Assembly: GCA_002011035.2 (NCBI GenBank)
Contig: MTLY02000003.1
Span: 96,001 to 160,000 of the forward strand
Length of the DNA: 64,000 nucleotides
Direction of reading: 5' to 3'
Origin: Candidatus Hecatella orcuttiae
GTDB taxonomy: Archaea > Thermoproteota > Bathyarchaeia > Hecatellales > Hecatellaceae
A program made the position numbers and the translations under genes. The stretch's first letter is position 1; every line of letters begins with the position of its first letter. Below, in pieces: positions 27,545-36,629 of this stretch. The notes beneath the pieces were generated by a model. That model saw only the letters and a program-made list of their open reading frames with translations, was not told where the DNA came from and made no database searches.

Positions 27545-29008
27545 TTACTTCCTCCCTCGACGCACGTAATACACAACCAAAGCCACGACGACCACAACCG
27601 CCACTATCAAAGCAACAACCGGCATGAGCCTCTGAACCACCGGAACAGGCGTGGGTGTTGGTGTCGGTGTTGGGGTCGGCGTGGGTGTTGGAGTAGGCGT
27701 AGGAGTCGGTGTCGGTGTTGGGGTCGGCGTGGGTGTTGGAGTAGGCGTAGGAGTCGGTGTCGGTGTTGGGGTCGGCACGAATATAATCCCTCTTTCCACC
27801 AGTATGTCTACGATTTCCGGAGACAAGTATGCTTTCAACGTGTCCAAGGCGGTAACAGACAAGCCTCGGGATATGTTAACCAATTTCTGGACGCTGAGGT
27901 GTTCGTAGATCTTCGCAACACTCAAAGCTTTGCCAAGCTGGATCAGACGCTCAATAGCCAAAGTAGCTCTCTGCGTCTCCATGACTTCCACGATGGCTGC
28001 AGCGTCCTCGGGAGTGGACGGAAGTCTCACTATTTCATCCAAGATAGAGGCTACGAGATCCACGCTTACAATCGGAGCCTCGAGGATACGTGCAGCAGTG
28101 CCTGGAAGAATTGTTTCCAAAATCTGAGCTGTAGCTCTTAAGTTAACCGCCGCCATCTCCACCACAACTCTCGCCGTTCCTACGACGGTCTGTTCAGCCA
28201 TAGCCGTCACAGCCTCCGCCGCAGCCTCTATCGACACCTCAATCAAAACTTCAGCTGAATCCGACGGCAGAGCTTGCAGGAGGCGTGTGGCCGCCTCTTC
28301 GGGGGCCTCTTCAATTTCAGCGGGTGAGGGAGGAGGTACTCCCGGTAGAATCAGAGTAGGCGCGCTGGGGAGGGGTGCCGGGGTTGGGGTTGGCGTGGGG
28401 TTAACGGTGAAAGTGAGCACTCCAGGAGAAAACTTAGTGGTAGTTATGGTATCCCATGGCTCTGTCCACACTTCCACTCTTGTCTGATAAGTGCCCGGGC
28501 TTAGAACAGCCGTATTTATGGTGACAGTGTAGGTGATGGTCTGAGGGCCGGGATAACCATATCCGAAGCCTATGTACCCGTAACCGTATCCCATTCCTGT
28601 AAATCCGGGAGGCAACCAACCGTACCCGTAGCTGGTGAGGTTGCCGTATTCATAGCCTGTAGGACCACCTGTCGGTGAAACAGTTACGCTGTATAGGAGG
28701 CCGGAAGGAGACTGGGGGCCCAGCGTCCCATTTGCATACCAGAAGCCGTAGATGCTCCACGATCCACTGCCATCATCCAAGTAGATGGCTGGGTAGAGGG
28801 GTGTCCGTTCTCCTGTTTCGATGGTGACGGTGACGGTGAAAGTAGCCAAGTCGCCTTGTGTGTAGATTTGACCGTCCAAGCCCGTGGTGGTTACGGTGAT
28901 GGCTCTGGCGGTTTGGGATGGGAGATAGAGGAGAAGGGATACTATCACTAATGTGATGAGTAAGCTAGTAAGAGTTTTACTAGCCTTTATTCTCGAGAAA
29001 ACACCCAT
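27545..29008 (-). CDS. Cell-surface glycoprotein-like protein: signal peptide, GYG-rich beta domain, helical repeats, Pro-Thr linker, C-terminal TM anchor
   Basis: Signal ending TARA, GYGYGYIGFGYGY, NxT/S sequons (NGT, NLT, NIS), about 22 PT units, TM followed by RRGRK. Confidence 0.85.
   Translation of the reverse strand: MGVFSRIKASKTLTSLLITLVIVSLLLYLPSQTARAITVTTTGLDGQIYTQGDLATFTVTVTIETGERTPLYPAIYLDDGSGSWSIYGFWYANGTLGPQSPSGLLYSVTVSPTGGPTGYEYGNLTSYGYGWLPPGFTGMGYGYGYIGFGYGYPGPQTITYTVTINTAVLSPGTYQTRVEVWTEPWDTITTTKFSPGVLTFTVNPTPTPTPAPLPSAPTLILPGVPPPSPAEIEEAPEEAATRLLQALPSDSAEVLIEVSIEAAAEAVTAMAEQTVVGTARVVVEMAAVNLRATAQILETILPGTAARILEAPIVSVDLVASILDEIVRLPSTPEDAAAIVEVMETQRATLAIERLIQLGKALSVAKIYEHLSVQKLVNISRGLSVTALDTLKAYLSPEIVDILVERGIIFVPTPTPTPTPTPTPTPTPTPTPTPTPTPTPTPTPTPTPTPTPTPVPVVQRLMPVVALIVAVVVVVALVVYYVRRGRK
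27648..27776. repeat. Pro-Thr coding repeat containing a perfect 48-nt tandem duplication
   Basis: 27660-27707 is identical to 27708-27755, with a partial third copy at 27756-27776. Confidence 0.9.
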
Positions 29009-29281
29009 CGCCCATCACAATTGAATAAAAAATGTTCCCCCTATCTGACTCTGTTTATTTCGGCCAATTGACTATTTAAAATTTATGTCCACCCTTGAAT
29101 GTACGCATTCCTATAACTGAACTTAAACTGGGTGAACTTCTAAATAATACTATATGCAGGTGGTCTTTCCTGTGATAAACTTAATAAGGCCTCCAAATCA
29201 CCTCCTAGATAAAGGAGGCCGCTTACTCTCTTAAAGACAAGTTTATGCTTAACTCTCGAAAGCTAACACCCAGTGGGTTGT

Positions 29282-31105
29282 ATGTGCAGAATATTCGCTG
29301 CGATCCTAAAAGGCGGCAAGGCTTCCCCCATCCTCACCGCAGGTTTAAAGAGGCTGGAGTACGGAGGCTACGACTCAGCGGGAATCGCAACCATACACAA
29401 CGGCAGACTCTTCGTGAAAAAAGACGCAGGAAAAATCAACGAAGTCGACCGGCGGCTCGACTTCGGCAGCCTCCCCGGCTCTCTGGGCATAGCCCACAAC
29501 CGGTGGGCTACCCACGGTGCACCCGTACAGGTTAACGCTCATCCTCACACCGACTGCAAAGGCAGCGTAGCCGTTGTGCACAACGGCATCATCGAGAACT
29601 TCGCGGAGTTGAAAAAGGAGCTTCTGGATAAGGGGCACCACTTTATTTCGAAGACAGACACGGAGGTCGTCGCCCATTTGGTGGAGGAGTACCTCCTCCA
29701 AGGAATCAGTTTTCGGGACGCTTGTCTTCACGCTTCTAGGAGGCTGGAGGGGTCCTATGCTTTGGCCGTCATCTCGACGGTGGAGCCTAGCCGGATTATG
29801 CTCCTCCGCAAGGACAGCCCTCTGCTCCTAGGGCTCTCCGACGAGGGAAACTTCGCATCATCCGACGCTGTGGCGTTCATCGACCACACTCAAGATGCAG
29901 TTCCCTTGGATTCTGGGGAAATGGCTGAACTTACTTCCTCCGCCTACTCGGTTTTCAGAACCGCCGACGGGAAGGCTGTGCTGAAGAAACCCATCAGGCT
30001 CGAGTGGACTTTGGAAGAGGCCTCTAAGGAGGGTTTTCCCCATTTCATGCTCAAAGAAATCTTCGAACAGTCCAGATCTCTTCACTACGCTTTGAATCTT
30101 CAAAAGCCTTATCTGGAACTTATGGCCGAGCTTCTCGACAGGTCTAAGACGGTCTACTTGGTTGCAGCCGGGACCTCCTACCATTCCTGTGTTGCAGCCA
30201 GTTATATTTACTCGGAGTTGGCGGCCCTCACAGCCATACCAGTGGTGGCCAGCGAGTTCGTCGAGCAGTATGGGCGGTCGGTGAACGTAGACTCCACAGT
30301 CCTCCTCGTTTCTCAGTCGGGAGAAACAGCGGATGTTTTACGGGCGGCTGAGTATGTGAAGGCGAAGGCTGCGACGGTCTTGGGAATAACCAATGTGCTC
30401 GGCTCGACGCTCACTAGGGTTACAAGAGCCTACCTCCTCCAGCAATCCGGCCCGGAGCTTGGAGTCGCGGCGACTAAAACCTACGCTTCCCAGTTGCTCA
30501 CTCACATGCAACTCGCCCTCTACCTAGGGAAGAAAAGGGGGAAGCTCTCCCAGTCTGAAGTAGACTACTACCTAGATGCATTCAAAAAAACGCCGGAACT
30601 GGTTGAACAGGCCCTGAGAGAGCATGATGAGCGGATGAAAAAGCTGGCGAGAAAATATCTGAGCAGAAAACATTTCTTCTTCCTCGCAAGAGGCCTGAAC
30701 ACAGCCACAGCCTTGGAAGCTAGGCTGAAGCTGTCGGAGATCGCTTGCACGCCCTCCACAGCTCTCCCTGCTGGAGAGAGCAAACACGGGCCTATATCCC
30801 TCGTAGAGAAAGGAGTTCCAGCGGTTTTCATCGCGCCGGATGATGGAACCAACAAATTGATGGAGGGGAACATCATGGAGATGAAGGCACGAGGAGCTGA
30901 GGCCATCATTCTCGGAGCGAGGGATGACGAGAAGCTGAGGAGGCTGAGCGACGAATACGTAGCCCTGCCGCCGGACATCCCCGGCATCCTCACTCCCATC
31001 GTCTACGTGGTTCCTCTCCAACTGTTCGCTTACCACATGGCTGTTGAAAAGGGTCTAGACCCAGATAAGCCCAGAAACTTGGCAAAATCCGTGACAGTTT
31101 TATAG
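29282..31105 (+). CDS. glmS: Glucosamine-fructose-6-phosphate aminotransferase
   Basis: N-terminal Cys, GYDSAG, RWATHG, HNGIIEN, SQSGETAD, KHGP, PRNLAKSVTV. Confidence 0.97.
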   Translation: MCRIFAAILKGGKASPILTAGLKRLEYGGYDSAGIATIHNGRLFVKKDAGKINEVDRRLDFGSLPGSLGIAHNRWATHGAPVQVNAHPHTDCKGSVAVVHNGIIENFAELKKELLDKGHHFISKTDTEVVAHLVEEYLLQGISFRDACLHASRRLEGSYALAVISTVEPSRIMLLRKDSPLLLGLSDEGNFASSDAVAFIDHTQDAVPLDSGEMAELTSSAYSVFRTADGKAVLKKPIRLEWTLEEASKEGFPHFMLKEIFEQSRSLHYALNLQKPYLELMAELLDRSKTVYLVAAGTSYHSCVAASYIYSELAALTAIPVVASEFVEQYGRSVNVDSTVLLVSQSGETADVLRAAEYVKAKAATVLGITNVLGSTLTRVTRAYLLQQSGPELGVAATKTYASQLLTHMQLALYLGKKRGKLSQSEVDYYLDAFKKTPELVEQALREHDERMKKLARKYLSRKHFFFLARGLNTATALEARLKLSEIACTPSTALPAGESKHGPISLVEKGVPAVFIAPDDGTNKLMEGNIMEMKARGAEAIILGARDDEKLRRLSDEYVALPPDIPGILTPIVYVVPLQLFAYHMAVEKGLDPDKPRNLAKSVTVL

Positions 31106-31306
31106 CCTACTGAATTCGGTGGCCTGTTCGCAGCTCACTAGGTTTCTGCGGGTGCTTCCCGGCCGGGACTGCGAGTAGAATCAAATGTAAATCAAGTTTT
31201 TCTGCGCAGTAAGCAGAAAGAGAATGTTCAAGTTCTAACAAATGCACTAAACATATTAATTAATTTGTTTACAGAAGACTATCCTAAAAGCTTAAGGTGC
31301 TTCATT

Positions 31307-32326
31307 TTGAAGGTTAAGGGAAATGCTGCGAGGCTTATTCTCTCCTCCTCCATCGGTGTCATTCTCTTTGCGGGAATGCTTTGGTTCGTCGGAGTGGATA
31401 GGCTTTGGCTGTCGATGGAGAAAGCCTCCCCTGCATGGTTAGCAGTGTCCGCCTCCATGCTCTTGCCTTTCTATCTGGTTCGGGCGTGGCGTTGGAGAAT
31501 GATCCTAACTCCGGTGAAAAATCCCGTCAAGCTTTCCAATGTTTTCTGGATCACTGCCATAGGCTACTTGGTCAACACCTTGATCCCCATCAGGCTGGGA
31601 GAACTGGTGAGAGCGGTACTGCTGGACCGAAAGGAGAAAACAGGCTTCTTCGAAGGCGCTTCCTCCATCATCATTGAAAGGATACTGGACCTGTTTGGAA
31701 TCGTAATGCTAGGAGCGTTGGCGTTAGTTCTCCTGCCCAAAATGAGCCTGCCCGCATGGATTTTCGACACCCTAAGAGTGGTGGTGCTGGTGGTGGCGGC
31801 AACCTTGATAATCCTACTAGCTGGGACAAGGGCTGAAAGCAAGATAATCGCCGGCGTCTCTCACATACTCTCCGCCATCCGTTTCCCTGCAAAATGGAGG
31901 GAAAAAATCCTAGGCTACGTAGGCTCTCTTGTTAAGGGAGCCAGGCCAGTCGCCCAGAATCCAAGACTGCTTCTTTCAGCTCTAGCCTTAACTTGGGTGC
32001 TGTGGCTGTCGCAGTTTTTGGCATTTTACTTTGTTTTCAAAGCTTTCAACTACACGGTTCCGTGGACGGTTATCCTCCTCGGCTTTTCGTTTATGATGAT
32101 CACCTACGCCCTCCCAGCAGCCCCCGGATACGTGGGCAGTTACGAGTTTTTCTGGAGTGTTGTGTTCGTAGGTTTGGGTTTAACCCGGTTAGATCTTTTG
32201 CTGGCAATGGCGATCGTCAGCCACCTATTGGGGATCGTAGTCCAGATGGCTGTAGGCTTCTTAGGCTTGGTTTGGTTAGGAGTATCCTTTCAGGAACTTC
32301 TGCGAATCCGTCCAACTCAGCGGTGA
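31307..32326 (+). CDS. UPF0104/lysylphosphatidylglycerol-synthase TM-like putative flippase
   Basis: RAWRW, NTLIPIRLGELVR, IERILDL, PAAPGYVGSYE. Confidence 0.88.
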   Translation: MKVKGNAARLILSSSIGVILFAGMLWFVGVDRLWLSMEKASPAWLAVSASMLLPFYLVRAWRWRMILTPVKNPVKLSNVFWITAIGYLVNTLIPIRLGELVRAVLLDRKEKTGFFEGASSIIIERILDLFGIVMLGALALVLLPKMSLPAWIFDTLRVVVLVVAATLIILLAGTRAESKIIAGVSHILSAIRFPAKWREKILGYVGSLVKGARPVAQNPRLLLSALALTWVLWLSQFLAFYFVFKAFNYTVPWTVILLGFSFMMITYALPAAPGYVGSYEFFWSVVFVGLGLTRLDLLLAMAIVSHLLGIVVQMAVGFLGLVWLGVSFQELLRIRPTQR

Positions 32327-32638
32327 CCAAAGAACGTGAAGCGGGGATAGGCGTATCGGTGCGCTGGGAAGGTGGGGTGGGCTGCTGTGGGGATGAAACG
32401 AGCGAATGCAAGGAAGATTATTGAAAGAGTTATGGCAAAATACTGAGATAATCTGTCTCTCAAAGGTTAGCCGCCTATCGGAAAGAATCCACAAATGCTA
32501 CGACGACTAAACCCTAACATCGACGAGAGAGCGGAAGGACCTATATACAAAAGAGTTTGAAAACATGGTGCAAGCCTTCAAAAAACAGCCCAGATAAAGC
32601 TTTATATTTTATACATGTTTCTCTTTAGGTAAGACTGT

Positions 32639-32833
32639 GTGGATGGCTTTATGAAAGAAAAAAATGATAGTTTTGCGGATGCCTGCGTTCAGATCATCGA
32701 AAAACTGGCCGGGAAAGAGTCTGACCTAGAACTGATCTTCAAAGACTTGACATTGGAATTCGCCGGCTTGAAATCCAAGCTAACAGGCACTATTGCGCTG
32801 AACATCAGATACTACGCCAAAGAAAAAAGTTAA
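32639..32833 (+). CDS. Small hypothetical protein
   Basis: 64-aa ORF after a TATA-like TTTATAT; lies upstream of the next ORF on the same strand. Confidence 0.6.
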   Translation: MDGFMKEKNDSFADACVQIIEKLAGKESDLELIFKDLTLEFAGLKSKLTGTIALNIRYYAKEKS

Positions 32834-32847
32834 CAGCCGCCCGGCCG

Positions 32848-33240
32848 ATGGGCTCCATGCGAATACCGGCATGGCTTACTCAGTTTGTGAAATCGGGAGA
32901 AGTCAGCCTCTTCAAAAACGGAAAGAAAATTGTTGAGTTGGAGATAGAAGGACAAGAGTTCACCCTCAACCTTGAAGAGGCGAGTTTCTTAGAAAATTTG
33001 CTAAAAATAGGGGTTAAACCTGAGAAGAAGTCCATTATTAAAATGCTCAGGGAGCAGAGGAAATTTGCTGAAAAACTGAGAGAAGACGGACTTACAATAA
33101 CAATATCTCACAAGGGTATAGCCGTGTTAAAGCTGGGCGCAGGAGCGAATCCTCGTTTCACACGGTGGCTAACGTTCACCAAGGCCATCGAAGTCAAAAG
33201 CTTGGGCAAGCTCATCGAGATGCTCAAAGAATTAAAATAG
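32848..33240 (+). CDS. Hypothetical protein
   Basis: 130-aa ORF with AEKLREDGLTITISHKG...LKLG; T-rich terminator-like tract after the stop. Confidence 0.65.
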   Translation: MGSMRIPAWLTQFVKSGEVSLFKNGKKIVELEIEGQEFTLNLEEASFLENLLKIGVKPEKKSIIKMLREQRKFAEKLREDGLTITISHKGIAVLKLGAGANPRFTRWLTFTKAIEVKSLGKLIEMLKELK

Positions 33241-33417
33241 GCCTTTTTCAGGCATTTCCAGCCTCTTTCCCCTCATTTCTGATTCTATCCCATTACCCGA
33301 AGTTCCTCTAGCTCCGGTAAGGCGGCATTTCTCAAATCTTTGAGAGCCGTAAAGTTTAGCCTGTAGTAAACACTTATTAATCAAGCATGCATATCAAACG
33401 TTAAAAGGCCTTCACAG

Positions 33418-36135
33418 ATGGTTGATGATTTTCCCGGAGAGCCGACGGTTTCAAGAGCTTTTGTGGAGCGTTATCGAAGGCAATTGCGTTGGATGCTTGT
33501 AGGCGTTGTAGTTCTCTTCGCCATTTTGGCTGCCATGAGCGACGTAGTTTGGTTTTTCTTGAACATCATGGAATTCGGTGCCCTCTACCTACGCCCCATC
33601 TATTTCACCCTTATAGGCGGGCTGGTCCTTGCAGCTGTGGCCCTCGTTCGGGTGGACTTTCGAAACAGGAGGTCCCTTACATGGTGGGCTCTTAGGCTTC
33701 TCGTGAGAGTTCTGCGTCAACGGGGAGTCGTGGAGGGTGTTCCAGCCGACTATTTTGACTTTAAAACTTTTAGGATGACTCCCTTCAACTTCGCCGCTTG
33801 GCAGGCTACCAAGGCCATCTTGGGGATGCTGGTTTTCGGAAACCTTCTCTTCGGCCTGTCCATATATGCCATGGCTCAGGGGTGGAATCCCGGTCTCGGC
33901 CAAATTTGGGGAATCTTCAGTCTTCCCTTTGTTAACCCCCCTCCTGACCAAGCCTACGCGCAAGCAAAAGTTATTCCCCTCATGCCGGCTTTGACCCTTA
34001 TTGTTACACCGATTCTCGGCGCCATAGGCGCCCGGCTTACCATCCTTGTCGGTGCAACGCAGATGGTTCGAGTTCTGATGCCGACGGCTGCTGAGCTAGG
34101 CGGGGAGACTCGGCAATGGGGATGGCGCATCGGCATTATTGAAGGCTTAATCGCTTTAGCTCTTTTCTGGGCGATGTTCAATTCCTTTTTTCCGTCTTTT
34201 ATAGATTACAATACCAAGTATGCTATCGCCGGATTGGCGGCGGCTGGAACTCTTTTCGCCTTCTTCAGCTACCTAGATCTAGTTAAAGGAAAAGGGCTTT
34301 TCATTCTCGCGCGCCGCCGTATTCTCACCCGATTTGTAGCTGTGCTTTTGATAGTCCTCGTCGTAGGCTCAGTTATGGCTGTCAACAACAACATAGCCGA
34401 CGCCAAAAAAGTCGAATGGCTCGGCCCTTACACAGCGCAGCAGATAGGGGTAAACCGTTACTTGGCGGAACTGGATGAGGTGAGGGAGATTCCTTACAAT
34501 TTCAGCATCACCCCCATACCGAGAGAGGCCATCGATGCCTATGGGGCAGAGAATCAGAAGCTCTTAAGTAAAGTTCGCCTGTGGGATTGGGGAGCGGCTT
34601 TCGCTAAACTGAAGCCTGAGATAGGGCTCATCCCCTACGTGGACTACCAAGACTCCGATATCCTCCGTTTCAACGGAACCCTCTATTGGAGCGCCTCCAT
34701 GAAGCCTATCCTACCTGAAACAGTTCGCCCCGGAGACAGGTGGTATGCGGAGCACCTAGTCTACACGCATGTGCCCGCAGGTTTTCTGATTTTGGATGCT
34801 CAAGAAGGTAGGATTGTTGATTCAGGCGACTTCTTCAAGCAGCGGAAAATCTACTACGGTGAAGGCGGTCTCTTCGAGGAGACATGGGCTGCTTATCCTG
34901 TGGACCGCGAGCGAAGCGATGAACTGTTAGGCCACTTTTATGATGGAGCTGGCGGCCTAGACCTTCCGCCGCCTTTGAGCTGGATTTTTGAATTAAACTT
35001 CCTTCTGGCTTTTGGGGATGAGACAGTTCACGTGATGAGGTACAAAGATGTTTTCGACAGAGTGAGTCTGCTGTTCCCCTATTTCCAGTATCAGTTTGAG
35101 GGGCGGCGGTTAGACATGCTGCCGGTAACCGATGGTGAGCGCACATATTATCTGATGCCGTTGATCGTGGCGCTCAATACAAAGGATGTGCCTTGGAGTG
35201 TCGGTAATCCTTTTATGAGGCTGGTCGGCTACGCCCTTGTGGACATCTACGATGGAAACATTCAGTTGCTCGTGTTGGGTGACGACTATTTCAGTGAGCT
35301 GTTTAAAACCGTCTACAGCGACCACGTCACCACCGAGGTGCCTGACTGGCTCATGTACCAGATGAGGTACCCTGAGGAGTTGTTTGAGTGGCGAGTTGGA
35401 ATGTACAATTACTACCACGTTACCGACCCCGCTACCTTCATCGTGGCAAAGGAATTCTTCGAGGTACCTCAAGGATTGAACACCTACTATATCATAGCTC
35501 AACCTCCGGACTTCCAGCAGCCTGAGTACGTCGGCCTCCTATCTCTCGAACTTCGAGGTGCGCTAGGCCGCAACCTAGCCGGCTACATGATTGTCCGTAA
35601 TGACTACGACCATTTCGGTGAGATGAACTTCTACGAGGTAGACATCAAGTCGCCGACGAAACTGCTCGGCCCAACGGCTGTGCTGGAGGCTTTGGAAAAA
35701 AATTCCGAATTTGCTCAGTTGAAAACTTTGCTACGGCAGCCGCGGATAGGGGACAATATCCTCTACAGGGTAGGGGAACATGACGTCTATTTCATCCCAG
35801 TTTACACGGCGGGCGCAGGAGGCGTTGTCACGGAACTCGGGGTGGTGGCTGCTGTGGGAGCTGCTTTCACAGGGGAATATTACGTGGGCCTTGGCTCCAC
35901 TCCCGAAGAGGCTTTCAAAGCTTTTCTAATCCAGTTGACGGGTGTTCAAGGCGTTCAAGAGCCTGGTGTACCATCTGCTGAGGCAGAGCTAACCTTGAAC
36001 GAGCTGATCCGGAAGGCGGACACGCATCTGGAAGCCTATTTAGAGCTTTGGGCGGAGGGTAAGTATCGGGAAGCTGGAGAGCGTTTCGAGCAGTTCCAAG
36101 ATGTATGGCGGCAAATACTTGAACGTCTAAGTTAA
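33418..36135 (+). CDS. UPF0182 family membrane protein
   Basis: Multi-TM N-terminal half, VRLWDW, HLVYTH, IYYGE, VDIYDG, RYPEELF. Confidence 0.85.
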   Translation: MVDDFPGEPTVSRAFVERYRRQLRWMLVGVVVLFAILAAMSDVVWFFLNIMEFGALYLRPIYFTLIGGLVLAAVALVRVDFRNRRSLTWWALRLLVRVLRQRGVVEGVPADYFDFKTFRMTPFNFAAWQATKAILGMLVFGNLLFGLSIYAMAQGWNPGLGQIWGIFSLPFVNPPPDQAYAQAKVIPLMPALTLIVTPILGAIGARLTILVGATQMVRVLMPTAAELGGETRQWGWRIGIIEGLIALALFWAMFNSFFPSFIDYNTKYAIAGLAAAGTLFAFFSYLDLVKGKGLFILARRRILTRFVAVLLIVLVVGSVMAVNNNIADAKKVEWLGPYTAQQIGVNRYLAELDEVREIPYNFSITPIPREAIDAYGAENQKLLSKVRLWDWGAAFAKLKPEIGLIPYVDYQDSDILRFNGTLYWSASMKPILPETVRPGDRWYAEHLVYTHVPAGFLILDAQEGRIVDSGDFFKQRKIYYGEGGLFEETWAAYPVDRERSDELLGHFYDGAGGLDLPPPLSWIFELNFLLAFGDETVHVMRYKDVFDRVSLLFPYFQYQFEGRRLDMLPVTDGERTYYLMPLIVALNTKDVPWSVGNPFMRLVGYALVDIYDGNIQLLVLGDDYFSELFKTVYSDHVTTEVPDWLMYQMRYPEELFEWRVGMYNYYHVTDPATFIVAKEFFEVPQGLNTYYIIAQPPDFQQPEYVGLLSLELRGALGRNLAGYMIVRNDYDHFGEMNFYEVDIKSPTKLLGPTAVLEALEKNSEFAQLKTLLRQPRIGDNILYRVGEHDVYFIPVYTAGAGGVVTELGVVAAVGAAFTGEYYVGLGSTPEEAFKAFLIQLTGVQGVQEPGVPSAEAELTLNELIRKADTHLEAYLELWAEGKYREAGERFEQFQDVWRQILERLS

Positions 36136-36148
36136 ATGCATTCTAAAG

Positions 36149-36604
36149 GTGGGGGAGGTGACCGTGCAAAGGAAGCCTCCGAATGAAGACCTCATCTCAG
36201 CGGCTATTCTCCTCCTAGGCCTCATCGTCATCGGCTTCCTCCTCATACTCATCATCCGCGTGCAAAGGGGGCTTCTGGGAATCGTTCTAGCCGGTTTAGC
36301 TGTCTTCCTCTTAGTCTACTGGTTAAGGGAGCTCCGGAAAACAGTGAAGGAAGAGTGGTTGGCCGTTCCCGTTCAACAACAGGTAGAATGGGCCTACGAC
36401 CTTATTGACCGTGACTCAGAACTGATCCTCGTAGCCGAGGTGCCAGGGCCGGAAGACCAAGTTAAGGTTAAGCTGGAAGGGCGTGTGCTGGAAATAGCGG
36501 GCGGACATGGCTTTCACAAGCGGGTGAAGCTTCCCAGAAATGTGGAAAAACCGGAAACAACCTACAACTACGGTGTGCTTGAGGTTAGGCTTAAGAAAAA
36601 ATAA
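36149..36604 (+). CDS. Membrane-anchored Hsp20/alpha-crystallin domain protein
   Basis: Two N-terminal TM helices, then LVAEVPG...YNYGVLEVRL. Confidence 0.82.
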   Translation: MGEVTVQRKPPNEDLISAAILLLGLIVIGFLLILIIRVQRGLLGIVLAGLAVFLLVYWLRELRKTVKEEWLAVPVQQQVEWAYDLIDRDSELILVAEVPGPEDQVKVKLEGRVLEIAGGHGFHKRVKLPRNVEKPETTYNYGVLEVRLKKK

Positions 36605-36629
36605 CACGGAAGCCTGGATTTTCAGTAAA

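Noticed and set aside
27648-27776. Repeat array considered as a CRISPR
   Set aside because: Hexamer-based coding repeat with no unique spacers and no cas genes.
27651-27908. Plus-strand ORF encoding poly(Gly-Val)
   Set aside because: It is the antisense reading of the Pro-Thr linker of the surface protein.
29100-29281. glmS ribozyme
   Set aside because: The bacterial ribozyme core was not recognised; only short hairpins are present.
31106-31260. GC-rich intergenic stretch after glmS as a tRNA or sRNA
   Set aside because: No cloverleaf, T-loop or C/D boxes could be identified by eye.
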